A DNA stretch of 64,000 nucleotides. Source: a virus. The DNA lies in IMG/VR virus record IMGVR_UViG_3300035698_034576, positions 1 through 64,000 of that record; one strand, given 5' to 3'. The notes below the pieces were generated by a model. That model was not told where the DNA came from. It worked only from the letters and a program-made list of their open reading frames with translations, and did not search any database. How positions within the stretch are numbered: position 1 is the first letter of the stretch; each line of letters begins with the position of its first letter. A program made the position numbers and the translations under genes. Of the stretch, positions 48,475 to 57,838 are shown in pieces.

Positions 48475-50202
48475 ATGTTTGGAACAGACCTAAGGGGAAA
48501 GCGCCAGCCTATTGGTACAACTACTGTTCGCGGAGACGGTTCAAGGTATATAAAAATATGTCTTGAACCGTATGGCGATAACTGGCTTAGAGTAGTAATT
48601 CCTGGAGAGACAAAAAGAATTATTGAATCTTTAGATACCAAAGGAACAGCTATTCGTAAGTATGATAAGCCTTTAAATGGAGTAAGACTTTTGGACAAGC
48701 TAATTGTTGATTTTTATAAAGATAAAATAGGCTATTCAAAAGAAGCTGCTGAATCTATGCCAGGGAAGTTTAAAGCTATTGGAGGTTTTGAAGGAGCTTC
48801 TGTATATTCTTTTTCTAATTTTTTCACTCAAATAGCAATGGCTAAGAGGCAGAATAAAAAATTAGATAGCAGAGCGGCAATAAGAAAAGCAGAAATTATA
48901 GCTTGGGAAAAACAAGTTGCTTTAGTTGGGGAGGATGGAGCTGGGACCGAACCCTTAGATTATGATTTTGAAGGGGATAAAACTCCAATCAGAGAAGTCT
49001 CTAAAGAAGAAATAGAGGGTTTGTCTTTAACAATGGATGAAGCTTTAAAAACTCTTCGCAGAGGGGTCACTTTTGACGGAGAGCAAAAAGAGGCTTACTG
49101 GGGAGGATTAGAAAAAGCTGGAAAATGGCCTGAAAAATATAGGATAATGCCAGAAATTGTGGCTGAAAGAGCTGCCCTTGAAGACAATTTTAAAAAAGCT
49201 TTTAAGGGAGAGCATGACTGGATTGTTAAGGAAACATTTGATCAAAATATAGATATTTACTTTGATAGATACTTCAGAAACTTCCGTGATCAAATAATGG
49301 TAGATGAAGGAAAGAGAATATCTAAAGAATACGAATTAGACCTTGATGGAGATACAATAACTTTTTATGATAAGTTTTATAATATAATGCATAATCTTAA
49401 AGAGTTTGAAATAGACAGCTTAGCTAAACTTAGATTCAAAAGTAAGATTGGCAAAAATCTTAATGGAAAGTGGAAAAAAGAACATATTGCTATATTAGAA
49501 AATACTGAATTAATTTCCCAAAGTCTTCCTTTAGGCCATTTCATAAATAATCCTCGGCTCAGCACTTTTCAGGCCCCAGATTATTTTATTGGAAGTGGAT
49601 ATGCCTCTTATAATCAGTCATCAAATACTATTGAGTTTTCAAGACAATTTATGAACAATGCTTCTGCCCAAGGACACTTGACAGATCCTTTAGAATTTTT
49701 TTCAGTTGCTCCCCATGAGATAGGACATGCTGTTTCTAGGTATTTCAGGAAAGATATTCATCCTTTAGGGTATCAAGAATGGGTAAGTTTATGTGGGTGG
49801 GATAACAGGCAAGAAAATTTGCATGCAACAGGTGATGATAGAGATATTGAAAGACTAGGAGAGAACAATAGTATCAAGTTGATAACAGAGTATGCTAATA
49901 AGTCCCCTGAAGAAGCTTTTGCGGAATATTATTCATGTTATTTCCAGAATAAAGAAAATATTGACAATTGGCTTGATACAAATGATCCCTCTTTTCTGTC
50001 CAAAACACAAAGGCCTAAAATGAACTATATTTCTTTTTGGAAAGAGGATGTTAGGACAGGAAAAATGCATAAAATGAGTTATCCTAAAGTAAGTCGTGAG
50101 AATGGCATTTATTACAGAAATTCTGTTGTTGGAACTTCTCAAATGACTTCAAACAAAGAAATATTTAGTTTCATGAGAGAGGTCATATTTGACAATGTTT
50201 AA
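48475..50202 (+). CDS. zincin metallopeptidase-domain protein
   Basis: HEIGH...ITEYA..SPEEAFAE. Confidence 0.8.
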   Translation: MFGTDLRGKRQPIGTTTVRGDGSRYIKICLEPYGDNWLRVVIPGETKRIIESLDTKGTAIRKYDKPLNGVRLLDKLIVDFYKDKIGYSKEAAESMPGKFKAIGGFEGASVYSFSNFFTQIAMAKRQNKKLDSRAAIRKAEIIAWEKQVALVGEDGAGTEPLDYDFEGDKTPIREVSKEEIEGLSLTMDEALKTLRRGVTFDGEQKEAYWGGLEKAGKWPEKYRIMPEIVAERAALEDNFKKAFKGEHDWIVKETFDQNIDIYFDRYFRNFRDQIMVDEGKRISKEYELDLDGDTITFYDKFYNIMHNLKEFEIDSLAKLRFKSKIGKNLNGKWKKEHIAILENTELISQSLPLGHFINNPRLSTFQAPDYFIGSGYASYNQSSNTIEFSRQFMNNASAQGHLTDPLEFFSVAPHEIGHAVSRYFRKDIHPLGYQEWVSLCGWDNRQENLHATGDDRDIERLGENNSIKLITEYANKSPEEAFAEYYSCYFQNKENIDNWLDTNDPSFLSKTQRPKMNYISFWKEDVRTGKMHKMSYPKVSRENGIYYRNSVVGTSQMTSNKEIFSFMREVIFDNV

Positions 50203-50734
50203 AAATATTTTTACGCAAACAAATTTCAACTACTTTCACTTGATGAACAAGTCAATAGAATCAAAACATTTATCTAAGGAAAATAAAGGGATCACAAAAG
50301 CTGTGATTGGAATAGTTTTTAATAAAGAGGGCAAAGTTTTACTAGGCTTTTCCTCTCTTAATGATAACTTAAGAAAAGATAAGTGGTGTTTTCCTGGGGG
50401 AGGACGTGAGAAAGGAGAGAGTGATTATCAAGCTGGGGTTAGAGAAGTAAAAGAGGAAACAGGTATTACAGCTAAACCTTTGAATCTATCCCCCTTTATA
50501 GACACAGAGGTTCCAAATATAACTTTTGTTATTATGGTAAAAACAGGAGGAAAGCTACAACCTAATGAAGAATTTCATTATTTAGACTGGTTTTCTCCTG
50601 ACAGCCTGCCAAAAAACATTGTAAAGTCAAATGCTAAAATAGTAAATATTGCCATCAAAACAATAGAAGAGGCAACTAAGAATATTTCTTCATTTTCCTT
50701 CATTGGCAAAGATTCAGTAATAGGGAGTTTTTAA
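50189..50734 (+). CDS. NUDIX hydrolase
   Basis: PGGGREKGESDYQAGVREVKEETG. Confidence 0.9.
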   Translation: MTMFKNIFTQTNFNYFHLMNKSIESKHLSKENKGITKAVIGIVFNKEGKVLLGFSSLNDNLRKDKWCFPGGGREKGESDYQAGVREVKEETGITAKPLNLSPFIDTEVPNITFVIMVKTGGKLQPNEEFHYLDWFSPDSLPKNIVKSNAKIVNIAIKTIEEATKNISSFSFIGKDSVIGSF

Positions 50735-50770
50735 CTTAAAGGACTTACAGAATTCAATAAAACTGTGAAT

Positions 50771-50926
50771 ATGAAAGAACCAAAAGTTACATCAAAAGAT
50801 AGGGCTAAATTCCCTAAAGTTCAGGACGCTTATGAAAATGCCTTTAAAAAATCTTACCAGGAAATGATAAAAGCTTCCCTGACTGAACTTATGGATAAGT
50901 TGGGCAAAGCTATTAAAGGAGTTTGA
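50771..50926 (+). CDS. 51-aa hypothetical protein
   Basis: MKEPKVTSK...AIKGV*. Confidence 0.55.
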   Translation: MKEPKVTSKDRAKFPKVQDAYENAFKKSYQEMIKASLTELMDKLGKAIKGV

Positions 50927-50982
50927 AAACTATTGACCTATGACAATTTTTACTATATTTAATAAAATTAATACATAAGAAA

Positions 50983-52287
50983 ATGGACGGTTTAATTAAC
51001 TTAGAAGATAAAAGAAAGATAATAGCTTCAAATTTTATAGAGTTTGAACCTAATATCTTAAAAGCCAGAGCTGGAAGATATGCTGATACATCAGAAAACC
51101 GATCTAAAAAAAGAGTTGGTGAGCAGTATGGATCTAAGAAAGAAGAGGAAGTTAAGGAGGGGAGGGATCCTAAAAAAGAGGACCCAGAAACATCAAGATC
51201 AAAAAAAGAAGAGGACCCAAAGAAAGAGGGTAAAGAAAAAGTAGCAAAAACAACATCAGAACATGCAAAAGACACTTCAACAGAAGATCTTCAGAATTAT
51301 GTAGATAATTTCAACCCAGATTCAGTTGTATTCAATAATCAAGAGCTTTTTGATGAAGCAAAAAAGGAGCTTGCTTCAAGGTCAAAAGAAGGAAAAAGTA
51401 AAACAGAAGTTGGTATGATGAAGATTGAAGATAAAATATCTTCTTTAAAACAAACCATTGAGGCTACCAGCTCCTTATTAGACACCCTTCCAGAGGGAAA
51501 AATGAAAGAAGGAATTGCTCTTAGCATAGAGCAGGGGGAAGATGAGATAAGAAGCCTAGAAAGTGAAAAAACTTCTCTTGAGAAAAAAAATAAAAAAGAG
51601 AAAGAGCCTAAAATTTCACCAGAAGCCTTCATTGCAACATCATCAGTGAATGATCTAGCCAAGAAATCTAGCGAACTTGCAAAAGAATCTTCAGAAGCTT
51701 TATCAGAAGGAAATTATGAGCTGGCTTCAGAATTAGCAAAACAATCAAGTCAATATGCACAGAGTATATCTGATAAGATGGGAGAAGCCTCTAAATCTAA
51801 TGATAAGGAAAAGCTAATAAAAGAAAGAGCTTCCCTTGTTAAGAAGCAAGATAAGTTACTTGGTCAAGTTAGCTCAACTTCAAAGGGTAGGCAACAAACA
51901 ACCTTAAATAACGCTAGAATAAAAGAAATTGATGCAGAGCTTAGCGGTAGTCCCAAGGAGAAACCTTCTGAAAAGAGCGGGGATAGGGTTACTCTAAATG
52001 ATCACATGTTAAAAGAGGCAAAGGATAAACCTTCTAAAAAAAATATGATTGATGCCAAAATAGACAACAAAGAAGACTTTATCGATTCTATTCAAGAAGA
52101 AGACAATGAAGAGATTAATAAAATTTGGAAAAAAGTTTTAGAAGAGGAAGTTGTATCAGCTTTAGATAAAGAAGGCATAAATGACACTCAAGAAGCCAGA
52201 GATGATATTATGAATAACGATAAATTTCATGATACTATTTTTGGAAATGCTTATACTAAAGCTTTTAAAGAATATTCAAAAAAATAA
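50983..52287 (+). CDS. tagged, highly charged putative head-packaged protein
   Basis: ILKARAGRYADTSENRSKKRVGEQY; late promoter at 50954. Confidence 0.75.
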   Translation: MDGLINLEDKRKIIASNFIEFEPNILKARAGRYADTSENRSKKRVGEQYGSKKEEEVKEGRDPKKEDPETSRSKKEEDPKKEGKEKVAKTTSEHAKDTSTEDLQNYVDNFNPDSVVFNNQELFDEAKKELASRSKEGKSKTEVGMMKIEDKISSLKQTIEATSSLLDTLPEGKMKEGIALSIEQGEDEIRSLESEKTSLEKKNKKEKEPKISPEAFIATSSVNDLAKKSSELAKESSEALSEGNYELASELAKQSSQYAQSISDKMGEASKSNDKEKLIKERASLVKKQDKLLGQVSSTSKGRQQTTLNNARIKEIDAELSGSPKEKPSEKSGDRVTLNDHMLKEAKDKPSKKNMIDAKIDNKEDFIDSIQEEDNEEINKIWKKVLEEEVVSALDKEGINDTQEARDDIMNNDKFHDTIFGNAYTKAFKEYSKK

Positions 52288-52308
52288 AAGTTAGCAAATA
52301 TAAAATGA

Positions 52309-54414
52309 ATGTTTTCAAAAGCAGAAATACAAGCTCTGTTAAATGTAATAAACAAGAATAGTTTGTTCTTTATTGCTTCCCAACTTGGGAAGCATTTGTT
52401 ATTACCGGACGATGTTTCTTTTTTAAAAAAGGAAGGAATAGATCTTTCTAAAATAATCACAAAACATAGTCCGCTAGAACAAGCCTATTTGTTTGGCCAT
52501 ATATCTACTCTTCTGGAAAATGATGTTGTCAAGAAGATGACCTTCAAAGACTTCACTAAATACTTGACTAGTGATAAATGGATGCCTCTTATACAAAAAG
52601 AAAAATATGCTCTCACAGCAGTTGAAAACTTTGCATACTATGAAATTCGTGGACTTGGAACAAGATACAATCAAAGGCTTGGTCATTTAGTTTCTGAAGT
52701 AGATAAAAAAACAAAAGAGGCGAGAGAGTTAAGTGTTAAAAAGACGGCAAAAGAGGCTATTGTAAGAAGGGAGAATAAAAAGTGGCTAGCTTCAGAACTC
52801 AGATCAATAACAGAGGATTGGGGAAGAGATTGGGGAAGAGCTTCTGATTTTATAATGACCACAGCTTACTCAAAGGGTTCTGTTGAAGCTGCAAAAAAGA
52901 GGTCTGGAGAACAAGCAAAGGTTTGGATGTCTGTTTATCCGCAAGCATGTAAGCATTGTATCAAAGCCTATTTAACAGATGGAATAGGATCAAGGCCAAG
53001 AGTTTTTCTTGTAACGGATCTTGAGAGGAATGGGACAAATATCGGAAGAAAGACTGCAGAAGCCTTACCCGTTGTTCCTCCATACCATCCACATTGTTTT
53101 ACAAGTGGTAGGACTCCTGTTATGACAGAAGAGGGCTATAAATTTATAAACAAAATAAAAATAGGGGATTTAGTTTTAACTCATAAAGGAAGATTCAGAA
53201 AAGTTAGTCAATTGCATTTTAATAAAATAAAAAAAATTGAGATAGAAAATAAATATTTCAATATTACTTATAAAATAAAGCAATTTGACAAAACCGATAA
53301 ATTTGTTACTATTTGTAAGATAACTCCGGATCATCCTTTTTTATCAAATAATAAGTGGGTGTCAGCTAAAAAACTGAAGATCAATGATACTTTATCTTTA
53401 TTACAAAGAAAATGTTTTAATCCTAAATGTGAAAACTATACTTCTATATCTTCCAAATTTGAAGAAAATCAATATTGCTCCATAACTTGCGGAAATTCTC
53501 GCTCAGCTAATAAACAATGGGAAAATTACTCAGAGGATAAAAAAGCATCAATATCTAAAAATATCAGTGAAGGAAATTTAAGAAGATATAAATTAACATC
53601 AAAAGAATACAGACAAAAATTAACTGAAAATGGACGTATAGCTCATGAAAAAGTAATGTCTACATGGTCAGATGAAAAGAAAAAAGAAGTTATTCTTAAA
53701 ATAAGAAATTCTAATAAAAAAACATGGTCTTCTTTTACTGATAAAGTAAAAACAAAAAAAGCTTCTAAAGCCAGGAAAAAAAATTCTTCTCATGGTAGAT
53801 CAGGAAATTCTCCATTAGAAATTACTTTTTCAAAAATTTTAAGTAAATTTGATCAGAATTTTACTAATAATTTTAAAATAGAAACAAAGAGAACAAACCC
53901 TAATAATTCAAATCAATCTATTTATAGATGGCTGGATTTTTATGACCCTAGATTAAATATAGTTTTTGAAGTAGACAGTGATTATTGGCACTCTGATAAA
54001 GAAAGAGATAGGATAAGAGATAATGAAATTTTTAATCTGATAGGGGCGGATATATTTCATATAAAAGAAGATGAATTTAAAGATTTAATAAAGTTAGAGG
54101 AGAAGGTTGGAAGATTATTATCTAATCATAATGGAGACTACTCTTTCAAAGATGTTAAAATTGTGGATATAGAAGAAGTTTTCTATAAAGGCAATGGAGA
54201 AGGAATGGTTTACACTTATAATCTTTCAGTGGAAGAAGATGAGAGTTATATTGTAAAAGGGATCGCTGTACATAATTGCCGATGTGATCCAAACTATTTT
54301 CACGACGGATCTGAGTGGGACGAAGAAGAAAAAAGGTTTAAAAAACCTAAATATGTATCAAAATACAAACCATTAGTCAAAGTTACTATTAACGGAAAAG
54401 AATATGAAGGATAA
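52309..54414 (+). CDS. MuF/SPP1 gp7-like head morphogenesis protein with intein
   Basis: ACKHC...PPYHPH|CRC. Confidence 0.85.
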   Translation: MFSKAEIQALLNVINKNSLFFIASQLGKHLLLPDDVSFLKKEGIDLSKIITKHSPLEQAYLFGHISTLLENDVVKKMTFKDFTKYLTSDKWMPLIQKEKYALTAVENFAYYEIRGLGTRYNQRLGHLVSEVDKKTKEARELSVKKTAKEAIVRRENKKWLASELRSITEDWGRDWGRASDFIMTTAYSKGSVEAAKKRSGEQAKVWMSVYPQACKHCIKAYLTDGIGSRPRVFLVTDLERNGTNIGRKTAEALPVVPPYHPHCFTSGRTPVMTEEGYKFINKIKIGDLVLTHKGRFRKVSQLHFNKIKKIEIENKYFNITYKIKQFDKTDKFVTICKITPDHPFLSNNKWVSAKKLKINDTLSLLQRKCFNPKCENYTSISSKFEENQYCSITCGNSRSANKQWENYSEDKKASISKNISEGNLRRYKLTSKEYRQKLTENGRIAHEKVMSTWSDEKKKEVILKIRNSNKKTWSSFTDKVKTKKASKARKKNSSHGRSGNSPLEITFSKILSKFDQNFTNNFKIETKRTNPNNSNQSIYRWLDFYDPRLNIVFEVDSDYWHSDKERDRIRDNEIFNLIGADIFHIKEDEFKDLIKLEEKVGRLLSNHNGDYSFKDVKIVDIEEVFYKGNGEGMVYTYNLSVEEDESYIVKGIAVHNCRCDPNYFHDGSEWDEEEKRFKKPKYVSKYKPLVKVTINGKEYEG
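53095..54276 (+). mobile_element. intein (394 aa) with DUF559/Vsr-like endonuclease
   Basis: HPH|CFTS...TPDHPF...LDFY...EVDSDYWH...YNLSVEEDESY...VHN|CRC. Confidence 0.92.
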
Positions 54415-55216
54415 AGATATGAGCATATTAAGAGCTATAAGAGAAGCAACAGGACAATCCATGCCTCTTAAAAAAGGATTTAAAGCCTATATGAAATTAA
54501 AAGAAGAGGTTGATTTGTTAAAAGAAAGTTTATCCCTGCTCTCCATGCAGCAAGAAGCAACAAAAAACCATTTCAATAAAGCTCTTGAAGCAAATCCTTT
54601 AAGACTAGCTGAATTTAATAAAAGGTTTAACGCTAGCTTTGAAGATTATATATCAAAAGTTGAGGAGATAAAGAAAAGCCATGATGAAAAGAAATTGCTA
54701 ATGGGCCATTACAAAGAGATCACTATTGGTCTTGATGACTGGCTAAGTAAGTTGATTGAGTATGACAATTTACTTGAAAGTAAAGAGTATAAGTACAAAA
54801 AGTTTTTAAAAGATGGTTTAGGGCTTTACAGGAAGGATTTGCCTCAGTTCTCTTACAAGGATATTCAGGATATATTGGTTAAGCTTGGCAGGGAGGGAAT
54901 AATATTTAGTAAAGTATCTATTCCTATAGATTTAATAAAACCATCACAAATTGATTTTTGCGAAGAAAAGATCCAGAATTTATTAAATAATGGAATTGAT
55001 GATGAAAACTTTGTTCCAATTATATCTAAGGATTTATTTCTTATTGATGGGCACCACAGATGGGCTCAAAAACTAGAGGAAGATGATCAGCAAATAATAG
55101 ATGCTTTTTACATCAACATGAAAGCTGTTGACCTTATAGAAAATCTTAAGAAAGAAGAGGAAAAAGATAGGGCGAGAGAATTGTTAAAGAGAGCTGAAGA
55201 AGCTGGATTGATTTAA
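54404..55216 (+). CDS. ParB/Srx-like domain protein
   Basis: IKPSQ...PIISKD..LIDGHHRW. Confidence 0.8.
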   Translation: MKDKDMSILRAIREATGQSMPLKKGFKAYMKLKEEVDLLKESLSLLSMQQEATKNHFNKALEANPLRLAEFNKRFNASFEDYISKVEEIKKSHDEKKLLMGHYKEITIGLDDWLSKLIEYDNLLESKEYKYKKFLKDGLGLYRKDLPQFSYKDIQDILVKLGREGIIFSKVSIPIDLIKPSQIDFCEEKIQNLLNNGIDDENFVPIISKDLFLIDGHHRWAQKLEEDDQQIIDAFYINMKAVDLIENLKKEEEKDRARELLKRAEEAGLI

Positions 55217-55233
55217 AAAAATTTTAAGATAGC

Positions 55234-55713
55234 ATGAAGAAAGTACCGGAAGAATTAAGAGATATTGTTGAAAGAAGGAATAAGTTTTTAACCATTGCTT
55301 TTTCAGAATTAAAGGACCAAATTAGGATAATAGGAAATCCACAAGCTCCAGCAATTCTCTTTAACGATACGATTATTATAAGTTGTTACGTTAAAAACTT
55401 TAACCTTCATTTCACAAACAAGCCTTATGATGGGGAAATTGTTTCAACGTATAAATTGAAAAGTGGGTTTGTTCTTTCAAAGCAAACTATCAAGAATCAC
55501 CTAAAAGAGAGTGAGCATAGAAAAATCTTTAGAATATCTTTCCAAGGATCCTCTCTATTTTTGACTGGATGGAACTATAGAGGCCGAGGGGAGCAGGAGG
55601 AACTCTATCCTGTTTTTTCCAGGCACAATCCGAAGGTTTATTTTACCCTAAAGAAAGCTGAAGAGGTTTTAGAGAGACTTAGGGGCTTTCATTATATTGT
55701 TGATATATTGTAA
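55234..55713 (+). CDS. hypothetical protein
   Basis: ORF. Confidence 0.7.
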   Translation: MKKVPEELRDIVERRNKFLTIAFSELKDQIRIIGNPQAPAILFNDTIIISCYVKNFNLHFTNKPYDGEIVSTYKLKSGFVLSKQTIKNHLKESEHRKIFRISFQGSSLFLTGWNYRGRGEQEELYPVFSRHNPKVYFTLKKAEEVLERLRGFHYIVDIL

Positions 55714-55762
55714 TAGAGGCTGTCCTTATTTTTTTTGTTATATTTAATAAAAATAAGAGTAG

Positions 55763-56101
55763 ATGAAAATACTTATTGCAGAAGACGACTTCATATCCGC
55801 CCTACTATATAATAAGATCCTTAAGGAGCACACCATATCCATTGTTTTAGATGGAATTGATTTCATACAGGAGCATTCTTCTGAATATGATTTATTTATA
55901 ATAGATTTATATCTAAGGAGGCAGAGTAGCTATGAAATCATAGACTATCTTGTTTCTGTTGGAAATACTAAACCTATTCTTGTAATTTCAGCCATAGATT
56001 TTGATAAAAGACTTATAAAAGAAAGAGACACTGAGATAAGTGTTATGAGGAAGCCTATTTTGTCAAAAAAACTATTAGAATTCATAAATTTAATAAAATA
56101 A
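55763..56101 (+). CDS. single-domain response regulator (receiver)
   Basis: ILIAEDD, DLFIID, ILVISA, RKPI. Confidence 0.88.
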   Translation: MKILIAEDDFISALLYNKILKEHTISIVLDGIDFIQEHSSEYDLFIIDLYLRRQSSYEIIDYLVSVGNTKPILVISAIDFDKRLIKERDTEISVMRKPILSKKLLEFINLIK

Positions 56102-56105
56102 AAGA

Positions 56106-56552
56106 ATGTGTAAAGTTACCGATAGTATAATTGAGAGTGCAAAAACAATTGAGAGAATTGTCACAAAGACAATGAAAGAGATGGAAATTTCAAACATTAC
56201 CATAAAAGCTGGAAAAGATATTGTTTATGTTTCCGACCTCTCTACAAATAAAATTGTTTTTCTAAATGATCAAGCAAAACTTCTTTTTGGAGATGCTGTT
56301 GGAGAGACATGTTTTACCGCCCTTCAAGATAGTGAATTTGAGTGTGATTATTGTAACAATGAAGAGTTATTAGCCAATCCAGAGAAAGAGGTGGAGTGGA
56401 TATTCTTCAACAAGAAACTTGGTAAATTATTTCGCATAGTTAACTATGTAAAAAAATTAGAAGATAAAACTTATAGATTTGAGAGAGCCTCTGATATAAC
56501 AGATCAAGTGGGGGATATAGCTCGCTTGAGTAAAATCCACAAGTTGATATGA
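56106..56552 (+). CDS. PAS-like domain protein
   Basis: VYVSD....IVFLN..A..LFG..VGETCF..L...C..C...DIT. Confidence 0.75.
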   Translation: MCKVTDSIIESAKTIERIVTKTMKEMEISNITIKAGKDIVYVSDLSTNKIVFLNDQAKLLFGDAVGETCFTALQDSEFECDYCNNEELLANPEKEVEWIFFNKKLGKLFRIVNYVKKLEDKTYRFERASDITDQVGDIARLSKIHKLI

Positions 56553-56968
56553 GCGAAACAGAAGAATTAGTAAAAGCGATCGAGACTATGAGTAAGGGTT
56601 TTGAGTCGTTAAGAGATAAAATGGAGAATGACAAAAAATCCTCGAGCTTTGATTATGTAAAGTGGATAGGAGGACTTGTCCTTGTTTTCATAACAGCATT
56701 TTCTGGGAATAGTATTTCTAACGCAAACCTCTTAAATAAAGTAGAAAACAATGAAAAAACTGCTAAAACAATTAGCAGTCGCATTGGCTCTTTAGAATCG
56801 GAAATGGATATTGTAGTAAAGGATCTTTATGCAAGGGATCATCTCAATGTATCTAAGGAAACATTTTACGCTGCATGGTACAATCACATAGAGAAGAATA
56901 ATTATAACTTTAGAAGAATAGGCGAAAAGATTAACATATCCCTCATAACAGAAGAGGGGAATAAATAA
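56549..56968 (+). CDS. single-TM protein, holin/antiholin candidate
   Basis: One TM plus coiled coil, in lysis cluster. Confidence 0.45.
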   Translation: MSETEELVKAIETMSKGFESLRDKMENDKKSSSFDYVKWIGGLVLVFITAFSGNSISNANLLNKVENNEKTAKTISSRIGSLESEMDIVVKDLYARDHLNVSKETFYAAWYNHIEKNNYNFRRIGEKINISLITEEGNK

Positions 56969-56975
56969 AAGAATT

Positions 56976-57377
56976 ATGAAAAAGAGATTTAAAAAAATAT
57001 GGATATTTCTTTTATCCTGGAACGAACTAATAACAATCCCTGTTGGCCTTTTCATTTGGTGGATAGGCCCAACATTGATGCGTTGGTCGGGTTTTGATGA
57101 GACAGCTGGAGCATACGATTCAGTCGTACTAACAAAGATAGTTTTTGCTATAATAGCGACAGGAATACTTTCAGGTTTTGCTTGGATATTTATTAAACTT
57201 GCCTTTCCAGAAGCATATCGGTATCTTGATGAGGCCTTAGGCAAAAACCTAGAAGAAGAAGTTTATAGTGAAGAGTTTTATAATAATAACATGACAAAAT
57301 GGCAAAGATCAAAAGTAGTATTGTGGCTGTTATCTTTATATTTATTAGTGTTGGCCTTTTTGGTCAGTGCGATTTAA
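56976..57377 (+). CDS. putative holin (3 TM)
   Basis: Three hydrophobic segments, overlaps endolysin. Confidence 0.55.
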   Translation: MKKRFKKIWIFLLSWNELITIPVGLFIWWIGPTLMRWSGFDETAGAYDSVVLTKIVFAIIATGILSGFAWIFIKLAFPEAYRYLDEALGKNLEEEVYSEEFYNNNMTKWQRSKVVLWLLSLYLLVLAFLVSAI

Positions 57378-57838
57378 GGCAAGAGCTTCAAACGAACTAT
57401 AGAGATTTAATAGGAGTAAGAGAGCTAACGGGGAAAAATGACGGAAAGAAAGTTTCTGAAATTATAGAGGCCTCAGGCTTTGATTCAGTATCAAGAATTC
57501 CTTGGTGTGCTGCTTACATTTATTATAACTTTCTTGAAATAGGGCATAGATTGGAAATTAAATACCCAGCTTATGCCCCTTCATATTTTCCTGAAAACAG
57601 AGTTATTTATACAAGAGGAAAAGGGAAAAAGTGCACTCCTTTAGAGGGGGACATTATAGGAATCTATTTTTCATCTAAAGGAAGGATTGCTCATGTTGGG
57701 TTTTATGATGGAGAAAATGAGGATTACATAATTTCCGTAGAAGGAAACACAAATAAAGCTGGAAGTCGAGAGGGTGATGGAGTTTGGGTAAAATACAGAC
57801 CAAAAGGAACTATTTATAAAATAAGCCGATTTTTATGA
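57299..57838 (+). CDS. CHAP/NlpC-P60-type endolysin with signal peptide
   Basis: GVRE..G.N.G, PWCAA, GDI, AHVG, VEGNT. Confidence 0.85.
   Translation: MAKIKSSIVAVIFIFISVGLFGQCDLRQELQTNYRDLIGVRELTGKNDGKKVSEIIEASGFDSVSRIPWCAAYIYYNFLEIGHRLEIKYPAYAPSYFPENRVIYTRGKGKKCTPLEGDIIGIYFSSKGRIAHVGFYDGENEDYIISVEGNTNKAGSREGDGVWVKYRPKGTIYKISRFL

Noticed and set aside
50732-50773. Readthrough fusion of NUDIX to the in-frame 51-aa ORF
   Set aside because: TAA stop, the downstream ORF has its own ATG, and the shared frame can be chance.
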